The notes: generated from the sequence alone by a model not told the origin. Counted from the first letter of the stretch, positions 24,712-38,385 are shown. The stretch is DNA of 64,000 nt from Selaginella moellendorffii (GCF_000143415.4 NW_003314282.1:759872-823871), one strand, 5' to 3'. A program made the numbers and translations.

Positions 24712-25690
24712 ATGCAATTCGTGGCAGAGCTGGAACTCTTCTTCTTGCCGCAATCGCTCTCTGCCAGGCGAGGTGCGTGTGCCGCAAGTGGCGACGAACA
24801 ATCGACGATCCCAGATTCCGCAAATGGTACACACGCTCCCACCGCTGCATCCTCACTTCTGCCTCATTCTCGCCTCTGGATGCCTCTTCGTCAAGCCGGT
24901 TGAGAATTCCCCGCGCAGCGAGTGGCGCCTCTTCCAGACGCTGCCGGTGGGCATAAGGATCGCCAGCAGCGACGCCGGCTTGCTGTGCATGGCCAAGTTT
25001 TCGTACTTATCCTCCATCTTTGTCTGGCGCTACAGCGATCTCAACTCCTCCCCGATGAGAGTTCCTTTGCCGCCAGTTCTCAGCAGCTTAACTCACATGG
25101 TGGTGTACAGCCGCGAAAGGGATCGATCGTTCTGCGTTGCTAGCTTCGACGCACCCTCGTTATACATCTACGACTCGGCTCGAGGTGATCCAGGCACGAA
25201 GAATGCCCAGGAAGACCTGAATATATCAGAGCGCAGAAGGTCTTCTATCCGGTGCTGGATCACGGTAAGGTGGTGACGTATTGCACGAATCGCCAGATGT
25301 TTGCAATATACAACCTGTGGGAGGGCTCCTGGAGAGCTTTTCACGTTGATGCCAATGGGTTGGAGCTGAAATTTTATCGGTGGTGCTACCTTCAGTTGGA
25401 TCGGGACTGGCTTTTGATGGTGAGCGATACCTATGAGGGACTGATCATCTTTGAGAGACGGGGAGAAGAGTGGGAAATTGTGTCACGCCGTGACAAGGAG
25501 TTTCATGATCTGTCGTTGATGGACAACTTGGCATGCGATGGGAAGGACAGTATATGGCTGGTCGTGTATTGATGGAGTCGATTCCAGGAAGTGGTCAGAG
25601 GTGGATGTGCCCGATGCCTTGAGGGAAGCTCAAGGATTACCAAAGCTTGCTTGACTCTCCTGTTAAATTCTTGTTTTCACTCCTAGGATT
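24712..25690 (+). pseudogene. F-box protein pseudogene (F-box plus FBA/kelch-like region)
   Basis: LP.IALCQARCVCRKWRRTIDDPRFRKWY F-box motif, with the downstream sequence split over several frames. Confidence 0.75.
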
Positions 25691-26225
25691 TCTCGAGCTT
25701 CTCTGCAGCTAGAGCATGCCTTGAAACAGGATCCGGCCCACAACCTTCTTGCACGTGTGAGAAGAACTTCAAGAGAGACAAAACGCCATCTCCACAACTT
25801 CCATATCATTTAAAAGGGATTGAGTGATGGAGTGAGAGGAGGTTAAGAGTTTTGTTTTCTATTATGATGCTGAAGCCTTACTTAATCTCTCCATTGTTAT
25901 TACTCATCTCATCTTTATAGTCAAACTCAAAACCTCCAATGCTGCGCAGCCATCAAGCCAGAAAACAGTATTTAATCTTCATTGGAAACACATATTTTGT
26001 TTATGGTGACCCCAAAGGGTGAACCTTTATTTCTCCATGATGAAACTATGTAAGAAAGGAGAACTTGGCAACAAATGCGATTATTGTGGAGGCGAGACAA
26101 GCGGATATTAGCTTGATTTGTAAAAGTCTTACGTTGATCACATGTAATTTGTCAAAGAAACTCATGTGTTACTTGTTAGCTAAGAAATATTCTGAGCTCC
26201 TGGTGCTACCTGTGGAGTGTCTCTA

Positions 26226-26480
26226 TTGGATTCTAGAGCACTAAAGGTTCTTGTCCTCAGCTTGGTCGCAATTGGCCATTTCCCCAATTGGGAGAATTCT
26301 CGCTCATCTCCTAAAATAATGCATTCCCTGTGTGTCATCTGGCACTCCAGACATGAACTGCTGCCAAGCAGTGAATGTTCTAGGCTACAATTGTTTGTGT
26401 TCACTCATTGTTTCTTCTACTGGTGTTCTTGCAAAAGAAACAATGAAGAGATATGTTGAGTCATGTCAAATTGAGCTATG
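26226..26480 (+). pseudogene. nsLTP-like gene A, copy b (start lost, deletions)
   Basis: ATG changed to TTG, and multiple deletions relative to 29939-30308. Confidence 0.8.
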
Positions 26481-26754
26481 ATCAAAGTATTTGTAGTCAT
26501 TTGTTTTCAGTGGCATTCAAAAGTTTATAGAAAAGTTGTATATGTATTTATTTGTTCTTGGTAAGACAATTTGATTCAGATCGCGTAAGGCATCAAGCGT
26601 CCCTGTCAAAAGGAAGTGTCACAGAACGAAAAGGATGTAGGTTATTTTTTTATAGAAAACTTGCACAATTTATCAAAGGCATGGACGGAATTAGGTGTTG
26701 CATTTTATATAAATCAAGGAATAAATGCTCATCAATTCATCAATCAATTTTCTA

Positions 26755-27335
26755 ATGGCAGCTTCAGTGGTGTCTTCCCTCATTCTATGCTCCTTTCTGG
26801 TGCAAGTTAGTGTGGGTTTGCTTGTACAATATGGCTCCACCACTGTCGGGAATGGCAACTTCATCTCATTGAGCAGCACTGGTTCTGCCCCTACAGTTGA
26901 CATTGAAGGATATGGGAAGAATGGCACTGTTAGTTTGTTCTCGGTGGTTATGGCTGATCAAAAGGCATTGTCAGCACAAAACAAGGTTTACCCCTACATC
27001 AACTTTTGGATTGCAAACATCCCAGCGGGCAGCACAGGTAACTTCAACTTATATGTTTTGGTTTACAAATGTGATAATGGTGGCTTGGTACAGGAGCTGT
27101 AAAGGGCAGCATTTTGGAGCCTTATGTATCTCCTTCCAACACCAGCAAGAACATTCCATATCCAAATCCATTCAATGCAAAGAACCACACGTACGATTTC
27201 GTGCTTGTACCACAGAGGAATCCCTTGGTGAAGCCCATGGATAGTCGACTTGTCAACTCACTGGCTGATATCATCCAGCAATACCACTGTGGAAGCCCTC
27301 TCCAAACCGTCTCCTTCACGACCTCACTTTATTGA
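26755..27335 (+). CDS. Secreted divergent PEBP-fold protein, copy C
   Basis: Two exons, intact: MAASVVSSLILCSFLVQVSVG-LLVQYGSTTVGNG...FTTSLY. Confidence 0.8.
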
Positions 27336-27880
27336 TGTTATTGCTTTTATTGATATAAGAGGCAGTACTTATTGATTCTAGAACTTCATCTTTCTTTCGC
27401 AAAGTTTATCCTCATGGTGCTGCTTGTGATGATCCTCTTGATCACATCCACGCCAGGAGTTCATTCTATGAGTTGTAATCGCGCAATCTACGAGTTGGAA
27501 GCTCTGAACTGGTCTTGAAGATCGGGGATTTGCAGTCGTTAAGTGGAACTTCCATTTAGGCCATCTTTATTTCGCGAAGTTTATCCCCATGGTGCTGCTT
27601 TGTTGATCACATCCACGCCAGGAGTGCATTCCATAAACGTCTCTTGTCGAAGATTAGATGTGTAATGCCTTCGATGTATGCTTTACAAGCTTTGTCTAGG
27701 AAGATCAGGGACATTGGGCGCTTGTCAGCATAAAGCATAACATTTACTTCACGTTCAGGATGCTCTTGAAGCATCATGCCGAGGAGGGTCTGTTGCAGTT
27801 TCCAACGTAGTATAAGAATCGCGCTATGATGTGAGAGAAATGGGCTCATTATTCTAGAAGTAATTAGTTTGCCATACAGG

Positions 27881-27916
27881 ACCTTTAGGTCGGGGGTTCG
27901 AATCTCCCGAGTGGCG
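27881..27916 (+). pseudogene. 3' half of a tRNA (Lys-like) without its 5' half
   Basis: ACCTTT-AGGTC-GGGGG-TTCGAAT-CTCCC-GAGTGGC-G gives a T-arm with B-box plus the acceptor 3' strand. No D-arm or A-box is present upstream. Confidence 0.55.
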
Positions 27917-28134
27917 CAGCATTTTTTGCAGCTTTGGCGTAGAGGGGACTGTAGCCTACCTAAATGTATGTACAAATACGTTGTACGAACGCATTTTCTG
28001 CAGAGTTTGACTCTCGGAACGCCTTCCATTCCAGTCCACGGATGCTCAAGACTAAGTTTGTGATGATACACTACAAGACGAGCTCTCTCCATCAATTGGG
28101 TTACCACTGACATGAATTGGAACTCTACCCCTTT

Positions 28135-28830
28135 TCACCTTGATCTTGAAGATCCGGGAATTGCTGGAGCAGCACGTCTCGTTGGTGGCACACGGAGTGG
28201 TGATCCTGCTGGAGCTACGTGTATTCGTGCTGAGCTGCTCAAAGTCGAGCGAGCTCTCCGGAGCCTCGAGCTGCTGAGCTTGCCAGAGATCAAAGAACAA
28301 AACTCTAGAACTTGTTCCAGAAAATTCAAAGAACTACAGGGACGAGATGAGCGCTTCCTTTTGCTGGATCACGGTCTGCTTCCTAGCACGCGTTGTTAGA
28401 TCCCAAGGATTCTTCTGGGCTTTCATCGTCCAGCTCCTTTGGAACTTTGATCCTCTGGAGCCAGACGATTCACCGATGGCAAACTTGGACGGTTGGACTT
28501 TCAAAGAGATTGCGAGCACACTCGAAACGGAGCTCTGGATCTCGCCAAGATTGGTCATCGCAGCCGCACAGCGAGCTAAGAGTTCGCCAACACGTTGAAT
28601 CTTATTTTGTTTAGGGTGTAGATAGTGTCCTTTTCGAGGTGGAGCTGCGCTGGATTCTTAGGATATGGCTGCACAGTGAACACGGTATCCATTTTTGCGG
28701 AAGAGCCGATTGTGGAATTGGCTCCTCCCATCCTCCACTCCTGGAACTATCCATGTCACAAAATCCCCCAAGTATTGAAAGATTTGTTGACATCTTCCCA
28801 AATGTAAGGATGTTCCTTCCTTTGGGTATT
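28135..28830 (-). pseudogene. Decayed copy of the PMD-like gene at 17298-18773
   Basis: Shares KQTVIQQKEALISSL and SKF..GESSG, and the DNA gagcagcacgtctcg.tggtggcacacggag, with 17680-17970. Related relics lie at about 31830-32370 (-), 43510-44200 (+) and 49270-49400 (+). Confidence 0.8.
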
Positions 28831-29938
28831 GATTGACTTGGTGGATATAGAACTCACTCTAGGTACGACTTTGTCAAAGCCATAAAATCCTCAAGCAGCA
28901 CGGTATGGTAATACTGATATTGATTTTTTTTTGCATCTTTGCAGGTGTGTATGTATTTATATGCAAATACTTTCTCACATCTGACATGAGGCTTTAGCGC
29001 GCGTTTTTGTTTTTTCCGAACGCTTCCTCTAGGGATTGTTTATCACCAGAGACCATATCTTCTTCTGTGTACCTCCAGAGAACCCAACCATTTTGAGCTC
29101 GCCATTGGAATGCTTGATGGCAAAAATGAGATAGTGCTTTAACACCATCAATGTCTGATCGGCACCTCAAATATGAGCAAAGGCCTCGAGGATCCCACAT
29201 TACATTTGCTATACTGTGTTTCGTGCTCCAAAAGTCGATCCAACAGTTCAAGAGGTCCAGGTATGAATCAGCTATATAACTCTGGCAATTTTCTCGTCAA
29301 GGCATATAAACGTATACATATGTGATCCCAAGGGCGTATGTATACCTTTCTTGCTCCATGATGGAACTATAAGAAAGGAGAACTTGGCAACAAATGCGTG
29401 TACTTTTGGAGACAGCCTCAGGCAAGTGGATAGAAAAGAAAAAAGAAAGGTGGCGATGCGCAGTTTCTTGTTTCGTGGATTTGATTTGACCGGAGAAGTT
29501 TCGATAACGACCCTTTAATCGAGACCATCCCTTGATTTAGAAACCGTCCGGGCTCTTGTCTGACTAAGGCTCAGTTGTGGCATCTCTTTAAAGCGCGTGA
29601 ATATCTATCTATCTGATGAGCTACCGTCACAGGGAAAGAAACTTCGATCGTCAATTTTCCTTCGCACTTCGGCCATGTTTGCTATAATAGGTAGGCAAAA
29701 GCTGGGTTTGGGCAGGCAATGTACAGTTGTTCGACTATGCAAGTTGCAACAAGCTAAGAGAGAGTGACAAGATTCTTGTTTCTTACTGGTCCTAGTAAAA
29801 TATTTCGCTTGTATTTTTAAAATCTTCAAGTCCATTACTTTGATCACAATGTAACTCGTTTTGTCAAACCAGCTCACATGTTTTTACTTGTTAGCTAAGA
29901 ACTAGGCTTCCTTTCTGCTACCTGTGGAGTTGCCTCTA

Positions 29939-30308
29939 ATGGATTCTAAAGCACTACAGCTTCTTATCCTCATCTTGGTTTCAATTGGCCATTTCCCTAA
30001 TTGCGGGACTTCTCAGTGCGATCGAGCTCATCTTCTCAAAGAATGCGTCCCGTGTGTGGCATCTGGCACTGTTCTTGAGCATCCAGATGTAAATTGTTGC
30101 AAAGCAGTGAATGTTCTAGGCCACAATTGCTTGTGTTCACTCATTGTTTCTTCTACTGGTGTTTTTGCAAAAGAAACAATGAAGAGATATGTGGAGTCTT
30201 GTCAAGTAGTGCTCCCAGAGGATTATCAATGTAAGTTCTGATCAAAGTGTTTGTAGTCACTAAAATTTTGCTATGCTATTGTTCTTTGCAGGTGAAGGCA
30301 TCATGTAA
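29939..30308 (+). CDS. nsLTP-like (8CM/prolamin) secreted protein A, copy c, intact
   Basis: Signal peptide plus C-x8-C-x2-C-x13-CC-x9-CLC-x21-C-x9-C. The intron at 30231-30291 splits the last Cys codon, and the protein ends CEGIM*. Confidence 0.85.
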
Positions 30309-30532
30309 GGTATTTATATGCAAATACTTTCTAGTTATATATTTATATGCAAGTTTGTTCTTGGTGTTTTCTAATTTCAACCTATACCATTCTTATTATA
30401 AACTTAAGACCATTTGGTTCACTAGAATTTTAGAAAGCTTGCACAATTTATCAAAGGCATGGACAGAATTAACTATGGCCTTTTGTATAAATCTCAAAGA
30501 AATTCTCAACATATTCATCAATCCATTTTTTA

Positions 30533-31114
30533 ATGGCAACTTCAGTGGTGTTTTGCTTCGTTCTCTGCTTCCTTCTGATTCAAGTTAGTGTGGGTTTGCT
30601 TGTACAATATGGCTCCACCACTGTCGGGAATGGCAACCTCGTCTCATTGAGCAGCACTGATTCTGCCCCTACAGTTGACATTGAAGGATTTGGGAAGAAT
30701 GGCACTACTCGTCTCTTCTCGGTGGTCATGGCAGATCAAAAGGCATTGGTAGCGTCAAATAAAGTTTATCCCTACATCAACTTTTGGATTGCAAACATTC
30801 CAGCCGGCAGCACTGGTAAGTAATATATATTTTGGTTTACAAATCTTTACAAATCATGGTGGCTTGGTACAGGAGCTGTGAAGGGCAGCATTTTGGAGCC
30901 TTATGTATCTCCTTCCAACACCAGCAAGAACATTCCATACCCAAATCCATTCAATGCAAGGAACCACACGTATGATTTCGTGCTTGTACCACAGAGGAAT
31001 CCCTTGGTGAAGCCCATGGATAGTCGACTTGTCAACTCACTGGCTGATATTATCCAGCAATACCACTGTGGAAGCCCTCTCCAAACCGTCTCCTTCACGA
31101 CCTCACTCCATTGA
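30533..31114 (+). CDS. Secreted divergent PEBP-fold protein, copy D
   Basis: Two exons, intact; TATAAAT at 30486-30492. Confidence 0.8.
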
Positions 31115-32537
31115 TATTATTGTTTTTATTGATATAAGGAATTGAAAGTACTGAGTGATTCTAGAATTTCCATTTATGGAAAAAGGCCATCTTTCTTTCG
31201 CGAAGTTTATCCTCATGGTGCTGCTTGTGATAATCCTGTTGATCACATACACACCAGGAGTGCATTCCAATGCACGCCAGGATTGCATTCCATAAACGTC
31301 TCTTCTTGTGGAAGAATACATCTGTGATGCCTTTGATGTACGGTTTACAAGCTTTGTCTAGGAAGAACAGGGACATTGGACGCTTGTCAGCATAAAGCAT
31401 AAGATCCACTTCACGTTGAGGATGCTCTTGAAGCATCATGTTGAGGAAGGTTTGTTGCAAATTGCAAAGTAGTTTAGGAATCATGCTAGTATCTGGTTTC
31501 TAAAAAATAGCCATTTGGAATGATGTGAGAGAAATGAAGCTCATTATTCTAGAAGTAATTCAATTTGCCGAGCCATACAGGCCATCAACTAGAGGTGTTC
31601 CTTTCTCGCTGCATGGGAACAACTTTGACGTACAGCGGCCTGTGGCTAGCCTACTGACACAGCAACATTCACATTCACTAAATGTACAAGTACGTTGTAC
31701 GAACACATTTTCTGCAGGTATGGGGTCCCGAATCGAGAATGAACGAGCTCTCTCCATTATGGTAGACACGAATTGGAGGGGTTACAATCTACATGAATTG
31801 GAACTCTACCCCTTCTGTAATAAAATGTTGGAGATCTGGGAATTGCTGGAGCAGCACGTCTCGCTGGTGGCACACGGAGTGGTTATCCTGCTCGTGTACT
31901 TCGCACTGAGATGCTCAAAGTCGAGCGAGCACTCAGCCTCGAGCTGTTGAGCTTGCCACAGGGACGAGATGAGCGCTTCCTTTTGCTGGATCACGATCTG
32001 CTTCCTAGCTCGTATTATTGGATCCCAATGATTCTTCCGGAATTTCTTCGTCCAGCTCCTTGATCCTCTGAAGCGGGACGATTCACCGATGGCAAACATG
32101 GACGGTTGGCTTTCAAAGAGCGAGAACACTCAAAACGATCCAGAGCAGCTCTTGAAATTGGTGTCCAAGCCAAAACGAACTCTCATTTTATTTAGGGTGT
32201 ACAGCGTAGGCAGCAAGATTACCTCCACCTTTTCGAGGGCGCTGGATTGAAGGGTCCATATTAGAGCCGATTGGGGGAACTATCCATTTCACAAAATCCC
32301 TCTAACGATCCAAGAATTGAGTAACATCTTCCCAAATGTAAAGATGCTCCTTCCTTTGGGTATTGATTGACTTGGTGAATACACTCAGGTATGACTGTCA
32401 AACACGCCAGCCAGCTATAAAACTCTCAAGCAGCATCAGTGATATTGATTTTGTTTTGCACGCATCTGACATAAAGCTTTAGCATGTGTTTTATTTTTCC
32501 AAAGGCTTCCTTTAGGGATTGTTAGCTACCATATCTT

Positions 32538-35237
32538 AGAATGGAGAATATTCAGTAAAATCTCACATGTTTATTCCATGGCATCTAGCTTGTGTGCTTT
32601 ATCATGTAAATAACAAAAATCCTGCAATAGTACATTATATAGTTGTCTGTGAGACAACTGAATTACCTATGGGAGTTGAAAATCATTTGGTGGAAATATT
32701 TTTGTTATGTCTGAGTGCATTATGTCCTTGTTTGCTTCAAAGGCTACCAATATGTGAGAACAAGTATGTCAGCCACAATTTCTATATCAATTAATGATTT
32801 AGTCTAAAATATGTTTTGCTGGTTTGAAATTTGTATTAGATTGCCATGATGAATGAGATTAATTAACTTTCTATTAGCATGGATTTTATGGAGGTTATAA
32901 CACTCCATAAGGATGTTAAACTCCTTTTCTAATTTTAGGACAACAACATCCATTATGTTTAAGTGCGTGTAAAACCAAGCAACCTTGTCAAAGACCTTTT
33001 TCCAAAGTTGTTCAATTCGTTAGTACAAAATGAAGGACAATAAGAATTAAAAGCAAGGATAAGCAAAGACAAAATAAGCTTAATTTGGTTGTGGACATTT
33101 ATACTTCAAATGAATCTTCACTCTCCTTAGAATTCATTTATATCCACTTCAATAAGGTTGAATTTTTCTACAAAGTCACTTTGAAGTTTTTTAGATGCCA
33201 TGCTTTGTTGTGTATATGTCATGACCAAATCAACTTTTGACATTGAAAGGTAGTGACCAACTATTAATCCTATGCTGCCATTGATGATCATGTGGACAAA
33301 TTTGGAATTTCATGCACCCTATATTTTGGGATAGTAAAGAGTAGTGACAACAACAAAGAACAATAATGAACAAGGTTTAGACTGACCATCTAAACTATAA
33401 TAAATTGTATATGTTAGTGTTGTGAAGTCCAAGTGTACGGCTATGATACTATATACTAATATTAATAACAATAAACAATAAAACTTTACCATCTAACACC
33501 ACATTTGCATTGGTTTATACATACCATATGTTTGCCACAAAATGCCAACACGCTTTGTTGTAAGTAATGCCTTCTTTGTATTGTATTGTGAAGCTTATTG
33601 GTTCAACCATTAAAGAGCTGTTGTAGCATAGTTTATGCCCCATCTAAGCCCAGTCACTTTCATGTTGATTCTCTAATTGTTAGCAAATCTTCCATAGGTT
33701 CTTTAACATGTAAACACTGGGCTATTTATGTTTAAATGGCTCTCGATAGAAGTGCATCCTTGAGTAGCTAAGGCCATGCAAAATTTCCTCCATCATGTCA
33801 TATTATAAAAGCTTGGAATTGATATAACTTCTCCTTGGAATCAAATTAAAATTATTCACAAATTGGCTTTTTCATTTCTCTGAAATCAGCAAATATAAGG
33901 GATGAGATTGAGAGCCTTCCCTCTTACCTTATAACTTCTCCAAACAATTGCAACGTGGGTTTAAACAATAGCCGTAATCATCAAACATTCATGACAAAAG
34001 ATCTGTTGGGAAATGAAACAGTTTTATGAAAAAACTTTACTTATTTGGGTGGGCTTTAAACCCATTGCTAGTGCAGTGAGGTCCATTATGAACACCATTG
34101 AGAACAAGTCCAATAGGAAGTTGTAAAATGAAAATACTGTGGATAAAAAAGCCTAATAGGAAGTTACTTGTCAAGAACATTATCGGGAGCAAAGTCTAAT
34201 GAAAAGTTGCCCATAAGAAACACCAATGAGAGCTAAGTCTAATGGGATATTCCTTGGTAGGAATATCATTAGGAATATAATACAAATAAATTCATATTAG
34301 GAAAGCATGTAATTTTTGCAGGCAACAGCACTTCAAATTCTTTCTGGAAAACACTACGTCTTAATCACTTCAAAAACATTGATTTCTTGCTTAATTTTTT
34401 GACACAAAAGAAAATTAAAACTAAAAACCAATCCCCAACTTACAAAAGCTAGTATGTCTCAAATAGTGTCTTCAACTGATTCAATTTTCCTCTTTTTGAT
34501 GTTTGTATTACCAATAATAATTCACTTATATATTGCCTTATAGTTGTCGTAGAAACACTGTCAGAAATATATTAGCATCAACAATCTATTACAATTTGTT
34601 GTGAATTATCACAGAACTTACTTCTACCCATGAAACTTGAGTTGGCTGATTAATTTGTCTCCTCTGGATCATCATAATCATGCTAAGATCAATTGCATAT
34701 TGGACACCTTGCCTACTTTAAAAAAAAAAAGAGGACTCTAGAAAAAAAAAAGTGCATAACTCATCTTCCTTCCTTGAGATTCATCTAAGTGTAACCCAAG
34801 GTATAAAATGTGGCCATTTACAATGCTACACCATAATATTTACCCTCAACAAGAATCGTGAATTATATGCTACACTTCACCATGAAAAACCCAATAATAA
34901 CTTGATCTAGTTACTACTACTGTAGAAACAACTTAAATATACATTGTTGAGGAAGAAGAATGGATTAAACATTAGAATGCAAAAACCCTAAACTTGTTTT
35001 TAAGGGAAGTTTCTTAAACCCATGAAGAAAGAAAAAGTTGAACTTTTCTGTTAAGAGGCACTTAAGAAGTATAAAACAAATATTTTCTGTCAGGAAGACA
35101 TTTTTCCCGCTAGGAGATTTTGGAAAATGTGTATCCTTAACAATCCCGTCAGGAGATCTGGTATAGGGTTAGGCATAATAAATGTTGATTATTTGTTCCC
35201 TAATTATCAACTACTGATATTATACATACTTGCTGTA
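32538..35237. mobile_element. About 2.7-kb AT-rich insertion of unknown class
   Basis: Interrupts the repeat unit between accatatctt and tacctccagag, which are only a few bases apart in the sister unit at about 29052-29080. No recognisable ORF. Confidence 0.55.
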
Positions 35238-35996
35238 TCTATATACCTCCAGAGCACCCAACTATTTGAGCTCACCACTCTTAACACCATTAATGTCTGA
35301 TCGGCACCTCAAGAAAAGGCCTCGAGGAACTCACATTACATTTGCTGTACTGTGGGTAACTCACTCCAGAAAGTGATTCAACAGTTGAAGAGGTCCAAGT
35401 ATGAACGAACTATATAACTCTGCCAATTTTCTTGTCAAGGCATGTAGACTACATGACCCCAGGGGCATATACCTTTCCTACTCCATAATGAAACAATAAG
35501 AAAGGTTTGGAGACAGCCCAGGCAAGTGGCTGTTTTAGAAGATAGAGAAGAAAAACAGAAAGGTGGTGATGCCTAGTTTCCTGTTACGTGGATTGACCAT
35601 TGACTCTTGTTTCAATACCAGCCCTTTAATCATGATTTAGAAACTGTCTGGGCTCTTGTCTGACTAAGGCTCTGTTGTGGCATCTCTTTAGAGTATGTGA
35701 ATATCTATCTGCTGAGCTACCGTCACAGGGGAAGAGACTTTGATTGTCAATTTTCCTTTGCACTTCAGCTAATAGGCGAAAGACTATATGCAAAAGCTGG
35801 GTTTGGGCAGGCAATGTACAGTTCTTCGACTAAGCAAGTAAGGATCTTGCCCTAGTAAAATATTTCGCTTCTTCATATGCAATAAAAGTCCATTACTTTG
35901 ATCACAATGTAGCTCGTTTTGTCAAACCAACTCACATGTTTTTACTTGTTAGCTAAGAATTAGGCTTCCTTGCTGCTACCTATGGAGTTGCCTCTA

Positions 35997-36357
35997 ATGG
36001 ATTCTAAAGCACTACAGCTTCTTGTCCTCAGCTTGGTTCAATCGGCCATTTCCCCAATTGTGGGACTTCTCAGTGCGATCGAGCTCATCTTCTCAAAGAA
36101 TGCATCCCGTGTGTGGCATCTGGCACTGTTCTTGAGCATCCCGACGTCAGTTGTTGCAAAGCAGTGAATGTTCTAGGCCACAATTGCTTGTGTTCACTCA
36201 TTGTTTCTTCTAATGGTGTTCTTGCCAAAGAAACAATGAAGAGATATGTAGAGTCCTGTCAAGTAGTGCTCCCAGAGGATTACCAATGTAAGTTCAATGA
36301 TCAAAGTGTTTGTAGTCACTAAAATTTGTTATGCTTTTGTTCATTGGCATCATGTAA
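35997..36357 (+). pseudogene. nsLTP-like gene A, copy d
   Basis: A 1-nt deletion in the signal region (ttggttcaa vs ttggtttcaa) and loss of the intron acceptor. Confidence 0.8.
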
Positions 36358-36586
36358 TATATGTATGTATACATATATACTTTCTATTTATATACGTATT
36401 TCTATGCAAGTTGAATTTTAATTTCAACCTGTACCACTCTTATTATAAACTAAGACCATTTGGTTCACTAGATATTTAGAAAACTTGCACAATTTATCAA
36501 AGGCATGGACAGAATTAACTATGGCCTTTTGTATAAATCTCAAAGAAATTCTCAACATAAAACATCAATTCATCAATCCATTTTTA

Positions 36587-37166
36587 ATGGCAACTTCAGT
36601 TGTGTTTTGCTTCGTTTTCTGCTTCTTTCTGATTCAAGTTAGTGTGGGTTTGCTTGTACAATATGGCTCCACCACTGTCGGGAATGGCAACTTCGTCTCA
36701 TTGAGCAGCACCGATTCAGCCCCTACAGTTGACATTGAAGGCTTTGGGAAGAATGGCACTACTCGTCTCTTCTCGGTGGTCATGGCAGATCAAAAGGCAT
36801 TGGTAGCGTCAAATAAAGTTTATCCCTACATCAACTTTTGGATTGCAAACATTCCAGCCGGCAGCACTGGTAAGTAATATATATTTTGGTCTACAAATCT
36901 CTAAAAATCACAGTGGTTTGGCAGGAGCTGTGAAGGGCAGCATTTTGGAGCCTTATGTATCTCCTTCCAACACCAGCAAGAACATTCCATACCCAAATCC
37001 ATTCAATGCAAGGAACCACACGTATGATTTCGTGCTTGTACCACAGAGGAATCCCTTGGTGAAGCCCATGGATAGTCGACTTGTCAACTCACTGGGTGAC
37101 ATCATTCAGCAATACCACTGTGGAAGCCCTCTCCAAACCGTTTCCTTCACGACCTCACTCTATTGA
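36587..37166 (+). CDS. Secreted divergent PEBP-fold protein, copy E
   Basis: Two exons, intact. Confidence 0.8.
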
Positions 37167-37535
37167 TGTTATTTGATATAAGAGGCATAACTCAATGAAA
37201 TGAAAGATTTTTGTTATCAAGATCAAATTAAAAAATGCGATGCGGTGCGGGTGGACAAAGCAAGTGTTGGACAAGGGTAAGTTATTTGAGAGTATCCCCA
37301 ACCCCGAGCTTCCATGTAGCTACCACCAGATTTCTAATTTGCTAGCTCGTAGCGAGCTCATGACAGCACTGCTTTGCTTGAAGTGTTCTTGAAGTGATCG
37401 ATTCACGACGCGTTTAAGTTGATCGTGTAAAGCTGAATCATTGCGGCAGCACGAAGCAAACATCCATCGCTAGCTTTATAAGAAAAAGAATCGAGATTGC
37501 AGCAGTAGTGAGAAAGTGTGATTCTAGCTTCCAAA

Positions 37536-37874
37536 ATGGAAAAAGGCCATCTTTCTTTTGCGAAGTTTATCCCCTTGGTGCTTGTGATGATCTTGTTGAT
37601 CATATCCACGCCAGGAGCACATTCCATGAGGTGTAATCGCGCACAAGTCTTCGATACATGTGCTCCTTGTGTCCAGTTTGGATCCGTGAAGAACAGCCCG
37701 GACGCATCGTGCTGCAAGGCCGTCAAGCTCCTCAGCTTGGATTGCCTGTGTAGCATGCTGGTTGCTACCAAAGGGAAGAATGCTAATCGAGTGATCAAGG
37801 CATACTCCAGTAAGTGTAAAATTCGTCTCCCTGGGCACTTCGATTGTATCCAGAGAAGCCAAGCGCATCCTTGA
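37536..37874 (+). CDS. nsLTP-like secreted protein B (intronless, basic), the only intact copy
   Basis: Signal MEKGHLSFAKFIPLVLVMILLIISTPGAHS followed by CNRAQVFDTCAPC..CC..CLC..C..LPGHFDC. Confidence 0.85.
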   Translation: MEKGHLSFAKFIPLVLVMILLIISTPGAHSMRCNRAQVFDTCAPCVQFGSVKNSPDASCCKAVKLLSLDCLCSMLVATKGKNANRVIKAYSSKCKIRLPGHFDCIQRSQAHP

Positions 37875-38007
37875 AATGTTATTCCAATTAAGGATGTTAA
37901 GTGTTTCTCTTTCTCTGTTGCGAAAGCCCCAAATTGTAAGCTTCCACTTCACACTGTAAATCCATCCATAACTCTCATGATCTTTTCATTGAAGATAAGG
38001 AATTTGT

Positions 38008-38385
38008 CGCTCTCAAATTCTGGGCTGTCTAACTCCCATTCGTTCATCCATTTTTCAATCATCCAATTTGAACGCTCTCACGCTCAAATTCTGGGCTTTC
38101 GATTAAGCATCAATTAAGATCTCGCCCAATTCATTCAAACAAAGACCTTGGCCACCCTTGACTAAAGAAAATGGCAATGATCTTCATCTTCTCATGAATT
38201 CTTGGGAGTTCCAATTCATGCTTGATCCAGACAGGCCAGAATTTGGGGTGAGAGGGACCAAATTGAATGATCGAAATGGGTGAGATCTTGGGAGTTCCGA
38301 TTGATGCTTGATCCATGCAGCCCAGAATTTTGCGCGTGAGAAGTTCTTATTCAAACAGAGATCTTGACCATCCTTGACTAACCAA
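38008..38385. repeat. Small fold-back structure of about 85-bp subunits upstream of HSP90
   Basis: Units of caaattctgggct..atcaagcatcaatt..agatctc run forward at about 38010-38135 and inverted at about 38195-38342. A 33-bp direct repeat lies at about 38133 and 38350. Confidence 0.6.

Noticed and set aside
27881-27916. Functional tRNA gene
   Set aside because: No 5' acceptor strand, D-arm or complete anticodon arm.
27607-28113. 168-aa ORF and similar ORFs in the repeat spacers
   Set aside because: The frame is not conserved between sister units; these are composites of remnants.
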